NCBI GenBank assembly: GCA_964016885.1
Contig: OZ024745.1
Span: 2,666,001-2,730,000, forward strand
Direction of reading: 5' to 3'
From: Eledone cirrhosa
Taxonomy: Eukaryota
Length of the DNA: 64,000 bases
Part shown: positions 25,241 through 40,200 of the stretch, piece after piece
How positions within the stretch are numbered: the stretch's first letter is position 1
How the letters are laid out: every line of letters starts with the position of its first letter
Notes under the pieces: model-generated
Told to the model about the DNA's origin: nothing
Database searches by the model: none
Seen by the model: the letters and a program-made list of their open reading frames with translations, nothing else
Made by a program: the position numbers and the translations under genes

Positions 25241-28200
25241 TTATATAACAGTGTTGGTGGCTGTATGGTAGAACCAGTTATATAATTATATAACAGTGTT
25301 GGCGGTTCTATGGTAGAACAAGTTATATAATTATATAACAGTGTTGGTGGTTGTATGGTAGAACGAGTTATATAATTATATAACAGTGTTGGTGGTTGTA
25401 TGGTAGAACCAGTTATATAATTATATAACAGTGTTGGCGATTGTATGGTGGAACCAGTTATATAATTATATAACAGTGTTGGTGGTTGTATGGTAGAACG
25501 AGTTATATAATTATATAACAGTATTGGCGGTTGTATGGTAGAACCAGTTATATAATTATATAACAGTGTTGGTGGTTGTATGGTAGAACCAGTTATATAA
25601 TTATATAACAGTGTTGGTGGTTGTATGGTAGAACGAGTTATATAATTATATAACACTGTTGGTGGTTGTATGGTAGAACCAGTTATATAATTATATAACA
25701 GTGTTGGTGGTTGTATGGTAGAACGAGTTATATAATTATATAACAGTGTTGGTGGTTGTATGGTAGAACGAGTTATATAATTATATAACAGTGTTGGTGG
25801 TTGTATGGTAGAACGAGTTATATAATTATATAACAGTGTTGGTGGTTGTATGGTAGAACCAGTTATATAATTATATAACAGTGTTGGTGGTTGTATGGTA
25901 GAACCACTGGTTATATAATTATATAACAGTGTTGGCGGTTGTATGGTAGAACCAGTTATATAATTATATAACAGTGTTAGTGGTTGTATGGTAGAACGAG
26001 TTATTTAATTATATAACAGTGTTGGTGGTTGTATGGTAGAACCAGTTATATAATTATATAACAGTGTTGGTGGTTGTATGGTAGAACCAGTTATATAATT
26101 ATATAACAGAGTTGGTGGCTGTATGGTAGAACCACTGGTTATATAATTATATAACAGTGTTGGCGGTTGTATGGTAGAACCAGCTATATAATTATATAAC
26201 AGTTGGTGGTAGTTGTATGGTAGAACCAGTGATATAATTATATAACAGTGTTGGTGGTTGTATGGTAGAACGAGTTATATAATTATATATCAGTGTTGGT
26301 GGTTGTATGCTAGAACCAGTTATATAATTATATAACAGTGTTGGTGGTTGTATGGTAGAACCAGTTATATAATTATATAACAGTGTTGGTGGTTGTATGA
26401 TAGAACCAGTTATATAATTATATAACAGTTGGTGGTTGTATGGTAGAACCAGTTATATAATTATATAACAGTGGTAGTGGTTGTATGGTAGAACCAGTTA
26501 TATAATTATATAACAGTTGGTGGTAGTATGGTAGAACCAGTTATATAATTATATAACAGTGTTGGTGGTTGTATGGTAGAACCAGTTATATAATTATATA
26601 ACAGTTGATGGTTGTATGGTAGAACCAGTTATATAACTATATAACAGTTGGTAGTTGTATGGTAGAACCAGTTATATAATTATATAACAGTGTTGGTGGT
26701 TGTATGGTAGAACCAGTTATATAATTATATAACAGTGTTTGTGGTTGTATGGTTGAACCAGTTATATAATTATATAACAGTTGGTGGTAGTATGGTAGAA
26801 CCAGTTATATAATTATATAACAGTTGGTGGAAGTATGGTAGAACCAGTTATATAATTATATAACAGTGTTGGTGGTTGTATGGTAGAACCAGTTATATAA
26901 TTATATAACAGTGTTGGTGGTTGTATGGTAGAACCAGTTATATAATTATATAACAGTGTTGGTGGTTGTATGGTAGAGCCAGTGATATAATTATATAACA
27001 GTGTTGGTGGTTGTATGGTAGAACCAGTTATATAATTATATAACAGTTGGTGATAGTGTGGTAGAACCAGTTATATAATTATATTACAGTGTTGGTGGTT
27101 GTATGGTAGAACCAGTTATATAATTATATAACAGTTGGTGGTTGTATGGTAGAACCAGTTATATAATTATATAACAGTGTTGGTGGTTGTATGGTAGAAC
27201 CAGTGATATAATTATATAACAGTGTTGGTGGTTGTATGGTAGAACCAGTTATATAATTGTATAACAGTTGGTGGTTGTATGGTAGAACCAGTGATATAAT
27301 TATATAACAGTGTTGGTGGTTGTATGGTAGAACCAGTTATATAATTATATAACAGTGTTGGTGGTTGTATGGTAGAACCAGTTATATAATTATATAACAG
27401 TTGGTGGTTGTATGGTAGAACCAGTGATATAATTATATAACAGTGTTGGTGGCTGTATGGTAGAACCAGTTATATAATTATATAACAGTGTTGGTGGTTG
27501 TATGGTAGAACCAGTGATATAATTATATAACAGTGTTGGTGTTTGTATGGTAGAACCAGTTATATAATTATATAACAGTGTTGGTGGTGGTATGGTAGAA
27601 GCATTTATATAATTATATAACAGTGTTGGTGGTGGTATGGTAGAATCAGTTATATAATTATATAACAGTGTTGGTGGTTGTATGGTAGAACCAGTTATAT
27701 AATTATATAACAGTGTTGGTGGTTGTATGGTAGAACCACTGGTTATATAATTATATAACAGTGTTGGTGGTTGTATGATAGAACCAGTTATATAATTATA
27801 TAACAGTTGGTGGTTGTATGGTAGAACCAGTTATATAATTATATAACAGTGTTGGTGGTTGTATGGTAGAACCAGTTATATAATTATATAACAGTGTTGG
27901 TGGTTGTATGGTAGAACGAGTTATATAATTATATAACAGAGTTGGTGGTTGTATGGTAGAACCAGTTATATAATTATATAACAGTGTTGGTGGTTGTATG
28001 GTAGAACGAGTTATATAATTATATAACAGTGTTGGTGGTTGTATGGTAGAACGAGTTATATAATTATATAACAGTGTTGGTGTTTGTATGGTCGAACCAG
28101 TTATATAATTATATAACAGTGTTGGTGGTTGTATGGTAGAACCAGTTATATAATTATATAACAGTGTTGGCGGTTGTATGGTAGAACCAGTTATATAATT

Positions 28201-31200
28201 ATATAACAGTGTTGGTGGTTGTATGGTAGAACCAGTTATATAATTATATAACAGTGTTGGCGGTTGTATGGTAGAACCAGTTATATAATTATATAACAGT
28301 GTTGGTGGTTGTATGGTAGAACCAGTTATATAATTATATAACAGTGTTGGTGGTTGTATGGTAGAACGAGTTATATAATTATATAACAGTGTTGGTGTTT
28401 GTATGGTAGAACGAGTTATTTAATTATATAACAGTGTTGGTGGTTGTATGGTAGAACCAGTTATATAATTATATAACAGTGTTGGTGGTTGTATGGTAGA
28501 ACCAGTTATATAATTATATAACAGAGTTGGTGGCTGTATGGTAGAACCACTGGTTATATAATTATATAACAGTGTTGGCGGTTGTATGGTAGAACCAGCT
28601 ATATAATTATATAACAGTTGGTGGTAGTTGTATGGTAGAACCAGTGATATAATTATATAACAGTGTTGGTGGTTGTATGGTAGAACGAGTTATATAATTA
28701 TATATCAGTGTTGGTGGTTGTATGCTAGAACCAGTTATATAATTATATAACAGTGTTGGTGGTTGTATGGTAGAACCAGTTATATAATTATATAACAGTG
28801 TTGGTGGTTGTATGATAGAACCAGTTATATAATTATATAACAGTTGGTGGTTGTATGGTAGAACCAGTTATATAATTATATAACAGTGGTAGTGGTTGTA
28901 TGGTAGAACCAGTTATATAATTATATAACAGTTGGTGGTAGTATGGTAGAACCAGTTATATAATTATATAACAGTGTTGGTGGTTGTATGGTAGAACCAG
29001 TTATATAATTATATAACAGTTGATGGTTGTATGGTAGAACCAGTTATATAATTATATAACAGTTGGTAGTTGTATGGTAGAACCAGTTATATAATTATAT
29101 AACAGTGTTGGTGGTTGTATGGTAGAACCAGTTATATAATTATATAACAGTGTTTGTGGTTGTATGGTTGAACCAGTTATATAATTATATAACAGTTGGT
29201 GGTAGTATGGTAGAACCAGTTATATAATTATATAACAGTTGGTGGAAGTATGGTAGAACCAGTTATATAATTATATAACAGTGTTGGTGGTTGTATGGTA
29301 GAACCAGTTATATAATTATATAACAGTGTTGGTGGTTGTATGGTAGAACCAGTTATATAATTATATAACAGTGTTGGTGGTTGTATGGTAGAGCCAGTGA
29401 TATAATTATATAACAGTGTTGGTGGTTGTATGGTAGAACCAGTTATATAATTATATAACAGTTGGTGATAGTATGGTAGAACCAGTTATATAATTATATT
29501 ACAGTGTTGGTGGTTGTATGGTAGAACCAGTTATATAATTATATAACAGTTGGTGGTTGTATGGTAGAACCAGTTATATAATTATATAACAGTGTTGGTG
29601 GTTGTATGGTAGAACCAGTGATATAATTATATAACAGTGTTGGTGGTTGTATGGTAGAACCAGTTATATAATTGTATAACAGTTGGTGGTTGTATGGTAG
29701 AACCAGTGATATAATTATATAACAGTGTTGGTGGTTGTATGGTAGAACCAGTTATATAATTATATAACAGTGTTGGTGGTTGTATGGTAGAACCAGTTAT
29801 ATAATTATATAACAGTTGGTGGTTGTATGGTAGAACCAGTGATATAATTATATAACAGTGTTGGTGGCTGTATGGTAGAACCAGTTATATAATTATATAA
29901 CAGTGTTGGTGGTTGTATGGTAGAACCAGTGATATAATTATATAACAGTGTTGGTGTTTGTATGGTAGAACCAGTTATATAATTATATAACAGTGTTGGT
30001 GGTGGTATGGTAGAAGCAGTTATATAATTATATAACAGTGTTGGTGGTGGTATGGTAGAATCAGTTATATAATTATATAACAGTGTTGGTGGTTGTATGG
30101 TAGAACCAGTGATATAATTATATAACAGTGTTGGTGGTGGTATGGTAGAACCAGTTATATAATTATATAACAGTGTTGGTGGTTGTATGGTAGAACCAGT
30201 TATATAATTATATAACAGTGTTGGTGGTTGTATGGTAGAACCACTGGTTATATAATTATATAACAGTGTTGGTGGTTGTATGATAGAACCAGTTATATAA
30301 TTATATAACAGTTGGTGGTTGTATGGTAGAACCAGTTATATAATTATATAACAGTGTTGGTGGTTGTATGGTAGAACCAGTTATATAATTATATAACAGT
30401 GTTGGTGGTTGTATGGTAGAACGAGTTATATAATTATATAACAGAGTTGGTGGTTGTATGGTAGAACCAGTTATATAATTATATAACAGTGTTGGTGGTT
30501 GTATGGTAGAACCAGTTATATAATTATATAACAGTGTTGGTGGTTGTATGGTAGAACGAGTTATATAATTATATAACAGTGTTGGTGGTTGTATGGTAGA
30601 ACGAGTTATATAATTATATAACAGTGTTGGTGTTTGTATGGTAGAACCAGTTATATAATTATATAACAGTGTTGGTGGTTGTATGGTAGAACCAGTTATA
30701 TAATTATATAACAGTGTTGGCGGTTGTATGGTAGAACCAGTTATATAATTATATAACAGTGTTGGTGGTTGTATGGTAGAACCAGTTATATAATTATATA
30801 ACAGTGTTGGCGGTTGTATGGTAGAACCAGTTATATAATTATATAACAGTGTTGGTGGTTGTATGGTAGAACCAGTTATATAATTATATAACAGTGTTGG
30901 TGGTTGTATGGTAGAACGAGTTATATAATTATATAACAGTGTTGGTGGTTGTATGGTAGAACCAGTTATATAATTATATAACAGTGTTGGTGGTTGTATG
31001 GTAGAACCAGTGATATAATTATATAACAGTGTTGGTGGTTGTATGGTAGAACCAGTTATATAATTATATAACAGTTGGTGGTTGTATGGTAGAACCAGTG
31101 ATATAATTATATAACAGTGTTGGTGGTTGTATGGTAGAACCAGTTATATAATTATATAACAGTGTTGGTGGTTGTATGGTAGAACCAGTTATATAATTAT

Positions 31201-34200
31201 ATAACAGTTGGTGGTTGTATGGTAGAACCAGTGATATAATTATATAACAGTGTTGGTGGCTGTATGGTAGAACCAGTTATATAATTATATAACAGTTGCT
31301 GGTTGTATGGTAGAACCAGTGATATAATTATATAACAGTGTTGGTGGTTGTATGGTAGAACCAGTGATATAATTATATAACAGTGTTGGCGGTTGTATGG
31401 TAGAACCAGTTATATAATTATATAACAGTGTTGGTGGTTGTATGGTAGAACCAGTTATATAATTATATAACAGTTGGTGGTTGTATGGTAGAACCAATTA
31501 TATAATTATATAACAGTGTTGGTGGTTGTATGGTAGAACCAGTGATATAATTATATAACAGTGTTGGTGGTTGTATGGTAGAACCAGTTATATAATTATA
31601 TAACAGTTGGTGGTTGTATGGTAGAACCAGTGATATAATTATATAACAGTGTTGGTGGTTGTATGGTAGAACAATTTATATAATTATATAACAGTGTTTG
31701 TGGTTGTATGGTAGAACCAGTGATATAATTATATAACAGTGTTGGTGGTTGTATGGTAGAACCAGTTATATAATTATATAACAGTGTTGGTGGTGGTATG
31801 GTAGAACCAGTTATATAATTATATAACAGTGTTGGTGGTTGTATGGTAGAACCACTGGTTATATAATTATATAACAGTGTTGGTGGTTGTATGGTAGAAC
31901 CAGTTATATAATTATATAACAGTGTTGGTGGTTGTATGGTAGAACCAGTGATATAATTATATAACAGTGTTGGTGGTGGTATGGTAGAACCAGTTATATA
32001 ATTATATAACAGTGTTGGTGGTGGTATGGTAGAACCAGTTATATAATTATATAACAGTGTTGGGGGTTGTATGGTAGAACCAGTGATATAATTATATAAC
32101 AGTGTTGGTGGTGGTATGGTAGTACCAGTTATATAATTATATAACAGTGTTGGTGGTTGTATGGTAGAACCAGTTATATAATTATATAACAGTTGGTGGT
32201 TGTATGGTAGAACCAGTTATATAATTATATAACAGTGTTGGTGGTTTTATGGTAGAACGAGTTATATAATTATATAACAGTGTTGGTGGTTGTATGGTAG
32301 AACGAGTTATATAATTATATAACAGTGTTGGTGGTTGTATGGTAGAACCAGTTATATAATTATATAACAGTTGGTGATAGTATGGTAGAACCAGTTATAT
32401 AATTATATTATAGTGTTGGTGGTTGTATGGTAGAACCAGTTATATAATTATATAACAGTTGGTGGTTGTATGGTAGAACCAGTTATATAATTATATAACA
32501 GTGTTGGTGGTTGTATGGTAGAACCAGTGATATAATTATATAACAGTGTTGGTGGTTGTATGGTAGAACCAGTTATATAATTGTATAACAGTTGGTGGTT
32601 GTATGGTAGAACCAGTGATATAATTATATAACAGTGTTGGTGGTTGTATGGTAGAACCAGTTATATAATTATATAACAGTGTTGGTGGTTGTATGGTAGA
32701 ACCAGTTATATAATTATATAACAGTTGGTGGTTGTATGGTAGAACCAGTGATATAATTATATAACAGTGTTTGTGGCTGTATGGTAGAACCAGTTATATA
32801 ATTATATAACAGTGTTGGTGGTTGTATGGTAGAACCAGTGATATAATTATATAACAGTGTTGGTGGTGGTATGGTAGAACGAGTTATATAATTATATAAC
32901 AGTGTTGGTGGTGGTATGGTTGAACCAGTTATATAATTATATAACAGTGTTGGTGGTTGTATGGTAGACCCAGTGATATAATTATATAACAGTGTTGGTG
33001 GCTGTATGGTAGAACCACTGGTTATATAATTATATAACAGTGTTGGCGGTTGTATGGTAGAACCAGCTATATAATTATATAACAGTTGGTGGTAGTTGTA
33101 TGGTAGAACCAGTTATATAATTATATAACAGTTGGTGGTTGTATGGTAGAACCAGTTATATAATTATATAACAGTGTTGGTGGTTGTATGGTAGAACCAG
33201 TGATATAATTATATAACAGTGTTGGTGTTTGTATGGTAGAAACAGTTATATAATTATATAACAGTGTTGGTGGTGGTATGGTAGAACCAGTTATATAATT
33301 ATATAACAGTGTTGGTGGTGGTATGGTAGAACCAGTTATATAATTATATAACAGTGTTGGTGGTTGTATGTTAGAACCAGTGATATAATTATATAACAGT
33401 GTTGGTGGTGGTATGGTAGAACCAGTTATATAATTATATAACAGTGTTGGTGGTTGTATGGTAGAACCAGTTATATAATTATATAACAGTGTTGGTGGTT
33501 GTATGGTAGAACCACTGGTTATATAATTATATAACAGTGTTGGTGGTTGTATGGTAGAACCAGTTATATAATTATATAACAGTTGGTGGTTGTATGGTAG
33601 AACCAGTTATATAATTATATAACAGTGTTGGTGGTTGTATGGTAGAACGAGTTATATAATTATATAACAGTGTTGGTGGTTGTATGGTAGAACGAGTTAT
33701 ATAATTATATAACAGTGTTGGTGGTTGTATGGTAGAACCAGTTATATAATTATATAACAGTGTTGGTGGTTGTATGGTAGAACCAGTTATATAATTATAT
33801 AACAGTGTTGGTGGTTGTATGGTAGAACGAGTTATATAATTATATAACAGTGTTGGTGGTTGTATGGTAGAACGAGTTATATAATTATATAACAGTGTTG
33901 GTGGTTGTATGGTAGAACCAGTTATATAATTATATAAAAGTGTTGGTGGTTTTATGGTAGAACCAGTTATATAATTATATAACAGTGTTGGTGGTTGTAT
34001 GGTAGAACCAGTTATATAATTATATAACAGTGTTGGCGGTTGTATGGTAGAACCAGTTATATAATTATATAAGAGTGTTGGTGGTTGTATGGTAGAACCA
34101 GTTATATAATTATATAACAGTGTTGGTGGTTGTATGGTAGAACGAGTTATATAATTATATAACAGTGTTGGTGGTTGTATGGTAGAACCAGTTATATAAT

Positions 34201-37200
34201 TATATAACAGTGTTGGTGGTTGTATGGTAGAACCAGTGATATAATTATATAACAGTGTTGGTGGTTGTATGGTAGAACCAGTTATATAATTATATAACAG
34301 TTGGTGGTTGTATGGTAGAACCACTGATATAATTATATAACAGTGTTGGTGGTTGTATGGTAGAACCAGTTATATAATTATATAACAGTGTTGGTGGTTG
34401 TATGGTAGAACCAGTTATATAATTATATAACAGTTGGTGGTTGTATGGTAGAACCAGTGATATAATTATATAACAGTGTTGGTGGCTGTATGGTAGAACC
34501 AGTTATATAATTATATAACAGTTGCTGGTTGTATGGTAGAACCAGTGATATAATTATATAACAGTGTTGGTGGTTGTATGGTAGAACCAGTGATATAATT
34601 ATATAACAGTGTTGGCGGTTGTATGGTAGAACCAGTTATATAATTATATAACAGTGTTGGTGGTTGTATGGTAGAACCAGTTATATAATTATATAACAGT
34701 TGGTGGTTGTATGGTAGAACCAATTATATAATTATATAACAGTGTTGGTGGTTGTATGGTAGAACCAGTGATATAATTATATAACAGTGTTGGTGGTTGT
34801 ATGGTAGAACCAGTTATATAATTATATAACAGTTGGTGGTTGTATGGTAGAACCAGTGATATAATTATATAACAGTGTTGGTGGTTGTATGGTAGAACAA
34901 GTTATATAATTATATAACAGTGTTTGTGGTTGTATGGTAGAACCAGTGATATAATTATATAACAGTGTTGGTGGTTGTATGGGAGAACCAGTTATATAAT
35001 TATATAACAGTGTTGGTGGTGGTATGGTAGAACCAGTTATATAATTATATAACAGTGTTGGTGGTTGTATGGTAGAACCACTGGTTATATAATTATATAA
35101 CAGTGTTGGTGGTTGTATGGTAGAACCAGTTATATATTTATATAACAGTGTTGGTGGTTGTATGGTAGAACCAGTGATATAATTATATAACAGTGTTGGT
35201 GGTGGTATGGTAGAACCAGTTATATAATTATATAACAGTGTTGGTGGTGGTATGGTAGAACCAGTTATATAATTATATAACAGTGTTGGGGGTTGTATGG
35301 TAGAACCAGTGATATAATTATATAACAGTGTTGGTGGTGGTATGGTAGAACCAGTTATATAATTATATAACAGTGTTGGTGGTTGTATGGTAGAATCAGT
35401 TATATAATTATATAACAGTTGGTGGTTGTATGGTAGAACCAGTTATATAATTATATAACCGTGTTGGTGGTTTTATGGTAGAACGAGTTATATAATTATA
35501 TAACAGTGTTGGTGGTTGTATGGTAGAACGAGTTATATAATTATATAACAGTGTTGGTGGTTGTATGGTAGAACCAGTTATATAATTATATAACAGTGTT
35601 GGTGGTTGTATGGTAGAACCAGTTATATAATTATATAACAGTGTTGGCGGTTGTATGGTAGAACCAGTTATATAATTATATAACAGTGTTGGTGGTTGTA
35701 TGGTAGAACCAGTTATATAATTATATAACAGTGTTGGTGGTTGTATGGTAGAACGAGTGATATAATTATATAACAGTGTTGGTGGTTGTATGGTAGAACG
35801 AGTTATATAATTATATAACAGTGTTGGTGGTTGTATGGTAGAACCAGTTATATAATTATATAACAGTGTTGGTGGTTGTATGGTAGAAACAGTTATATAA
35901 TTATATAACAGTGTTGGCGGTTGTATGGTAGAACCAGTGATATAATTATATAACAGTGTTGGTGGTTGTATGGTAGAACCAGTTATATAATTATATAAGT
36001 GTTGGCGGTTGTATGGTAGAACCAGTTGTATAATTATATAACAGTGTTGGTGGTTGTATGGTAGAAACAGTTATATAATTATATAACAGTGTTGGTGGTT
36101 GTATGGTAGAACCAGTGATATAATTATATAACAGTGTTGGTGTTTGTATGGTAGAACCAGTTATATAATTATATAACAGTGTTGGTGGTGGTATGGTAGA
36201 ACCAGTTATACAATTATATAACAGTGTTGGTGGTGGTATGGTAGAACCAGTTATATAATTATATAACAGTGTTGGTGGTTGTATGGTAGAACCAGTGATA
36301 TAATTATATAACAGTGTTGGAGGTGGTATGGTAGAACCAGTTATATAATTATATAACAGTGTTGGTGGTTGTATGGTAGAACCAGTTATATAATTATATA
36401 ACAGTGTTGGTGGTTGTATGGTAGAACCACTGGTTATATAATTATATAACAGTGTTGGTGGTTGTATGGTAGAACCAGTTATATAATTATATAACAGTTG
36501 GTGGTTGTATGGTAGAACCAGTTATATAATTATATAACAGTGTTGGTGGTTGTATGGTAGAACCAGTTATATAATTATATAACAGTGTTGGTGGTTGTAT
36601 GGTAGAACGAGTTATATAATTATATAACAGTGTTGGTGGTTGTATGGTAGAACCAGTTATATAATTATATAACAGTGTTGGTGGTTGTATGGTAGAACCA
36701 GTTATATAATTATATAACAGTGTTGGTGGTTGTATGGTAGAACGAGTTATATAATTATATAACAGTGTTGGTGGTTGTATGGTAGAACGAGTTATATAAT
36801 TATATAACAGTGTTGGTGGTTGTATGGTAGAACCAGTTATATAATTATATAACAGTGTTGGTGGTTGTATGGTAGAACCAGTTATATAATTATATAACAG
36901 TGTTGGCGGTTGTATGGTAGAACCAGTTATATAATTATATAACAGTGTTGGTGGTTGTATGGTAGAACCAGTTATATAATTATATAACAGTGTTGGCGGT
37001 TGTATGGTAGAACCAGTTATATAATTATATAACAGTGTTGGTGGTTGTATGGTAGAACCAGTTATATAATTATATAACAGTGTTGGTGGTTGTATGGTAG
37101 AACGAGTTATATAATTATATAACAGTGTTGGTGGTTGTATGGTAGAACCAGTTATATAATTATATAACAGTGTTGGTGGTTGTATGGTAGAAACAGTTAT

Positions 37201-40200
37201 ATAATTATATAACAGTGTTGGCGGTTGTATGGTAGAACCAGTGATATAATTATATAACAGTGTTGGTGGTTGTATGGTAGAACCAGTTATATAATTATAT
37301 AAGTGTTGGCGGTTGTATGGTAGAACCAGTTGTATAATTATATAACAGTGTTGGTGGTTGTATGGTAGAAACAGTTATATAATTATATAACAGTGTTGGT
37401 GGTTGTATGGTAGAACCAGTGATATAATTATATAACAGTGTTGGTGTTTGTATGGTAGAACCAGTTATATAATTATATAACAGTGTTGGTGGTGGTATGG
37501 TAGAACCAGTTATATAATTATATAACAGTGTTGGTGGTGGTATGGTAGAACCAGTTATATAATTATATAACAGTGTTGGTGGTTGTATGGTAGAACCAGT
37601 GATATAATTATATAACAGTGTTGGAGGTGGTATGGTAGAACCAGTTATATAATTATATAACAGTGTTGGTGGTTGTATGGTAGAACCAGTTATATAATTA
37701 TATAACAGTGTTGGTGGTTGTATGGTAGAACCACTGGTTATATAATTATATAACAGTGTTGGTGGTTGTATGGTAGAACCAGTTATATAATTATATAACA
37801 GTTGGTGGTTGTATGGTAGAACCAGTTATATAATTATATAACAGTGTTGGTGGTTGTATGGTAGAACCAGTTATATAATTATATAACAGTGTTGGTGGTT
37901 GTATGGTAGAACGAGTTATATAATTATATAACAGTGTTGGTGGTTGTATGGTAGAACCAGTTATATAATTATATAACAGTGTTGGTGGTTGTATGGTAGA
38001 ACCAGTTATATAATTATATAACAGTGTTGGTGGTTGTATGGTAGAACGAGTTATATAATTATATAACAGTGTTGGTGGTTGTATGGTAGAACGAGTTATA
38101 TAATTATATAACAGTGTTGGTGGTTGTATGGTAGAACCAGTTATATAATTATATAACAGTGTTGGTGGTTGTATGGTAGAACCAGTTATATAATTATATA
38201 ACAGTGTTGGCGGTTGTATGGTAGAACCAGTTATATAATTATATAACAGTGTTGGTGGTTGTATGGTAGAACCAGTTATATAATTATATAACAGTGTTGG
38301 CGGTTGTATGGTAGAACCAGTTATATAATTATATAACAGTGTTGGTGGTTGTATGGTAGAACCAGTTATATAATTATATAACAGTGTTGGTGGTTGTATG
38401 GTAGAACGAGTTATATAATTATATAACAGTGTTGGTGGTTGTATGGTAGAACCAGTTATATAATTATATAACAGTGTTGGTGGTTGTATGGTAGAACCAG
38501 TGATATAATTATATAACAGTGTTGGTGGTTGTATGGTAGAACCAGTTATATAATTATATAACAGTTGGTGGTTGTATGGTAGAACCAGTGATATAATTAT
38601 ATAACAGTGTTGGTGGTTGTATGGTAGAACCAGTTATATAATTATATAACAGTGTTGGTGGTTGTATGGTAGAACCAGTTATATAATTATATAACAGTTG
38701 GTGGTTGTATGGTAGAACCAGTGATATAATTGTATAACAGTGTTGGTGGCTGTATGGTAGAACCAGTTATATAATTATATAACAGTTGCTGGTTGTATGG
38801 TAGAACCAGTGATATAATTATATAAGAGTGTTGGTGGTTGTATGGTAGAACCAGTGATATAATTATATAACAGTGTTGGCGGTTGTATGGTAGAACCAGT
38901 TATATAATTATATAACAGTGTTGGTGGTTGCATGGTAGAACCAGTTATATAATTATATAACAGTCGGTGGTTGTATGGTAGAACCAATTATATAATTATA
39001 TAACAGTGTTGGTGGTTGTATGGTAGAACCAGTGATATAATTATATAACAGTGTTGGTGGTTGTATGGTAGAACCAGTTATATAATTATATAACAGTTGG
39101 TGGTTGTATGGTAGAACCAGTGATATAATTATATAACAGTGTTGGTGGTTGTATGGTAGAACAAGTTATATAATTATATAACAGTGTTGGTGGTTGTATG
39201 GTAGAACCAGTTATATAATTATATAACAGTGTTGGCGGTTGTATGGTAGAACCAGTTATATAATTATATAACAGTGTTGGTGGTTGTATGGTAGAACCAG
39301 TTATATAATTATATAACAGTGTTGGTGGTTGTATGGTAGAACGAGTGATATAATTATATAACAGTGTTGGTGGTTGTATGGTAGAACGAGTTATATAATT
39401 ATATAACAGTGTTGGTGGTTGTATGGTAGAACCAGTTATATAATTATATAACAGTGTTGGTGGTTGTATGGTAGAAACAGTTATATAATTATATAACAGT
39501 GTTGGCGGTTGTATGGTAGAACCAGTGATATAATTATATAACAGTGTTGGTGGTTGTATGGTAGAACCAGTTATATAATTATATAAGTGTTGGCGGTTGT
39601 ATGGTAGAACCAGTTGTATAATTATATAACAGTGTTGGTGGTTGTATGGTAGAAACAGTTATATAATTATATAACAGTGTTGGTGGTTGTATGGGAGAAC
39701 CAGTGATATAATTATATAACAGTGTTGGTGTTTGTATGGTAGAACCAGTTATATAATTATATAACAGTGTTGGTGGTGGTATGGTAGAACCAGTTATATA
39801 ATTATATAACAGTGTTGGTGGTGGTATGGTAGAACCAGTTATATAATTATATAACAGTGTTGGTGGTTGTATGGTAGAACCAGTGATATAATTATATAAC
39901 AGTGTTGGTGGTGGTATGGTAGAACCAGTTATATAATTATATAACAGTGTTGGTGGTTGTATGGTAGAACCAGTTATATAATTATATAACAGTGTTGGTG
40001 GTTGTATGGTAGAACCACTGGTTATATAATTATATAACAGTGTTGGTGGTTGTATGGTAGAACCAGTTATATAATTATATAACAGTTGGTGGTTGTATGG
40101 TAGAACCAGTTATATAATTATATAACAGTGTTGGTGGTTGTATGGTAGAACCAGTTATATAATTATATAACAGTGTTGGTGGTTGTATGGTAGAACGAGT

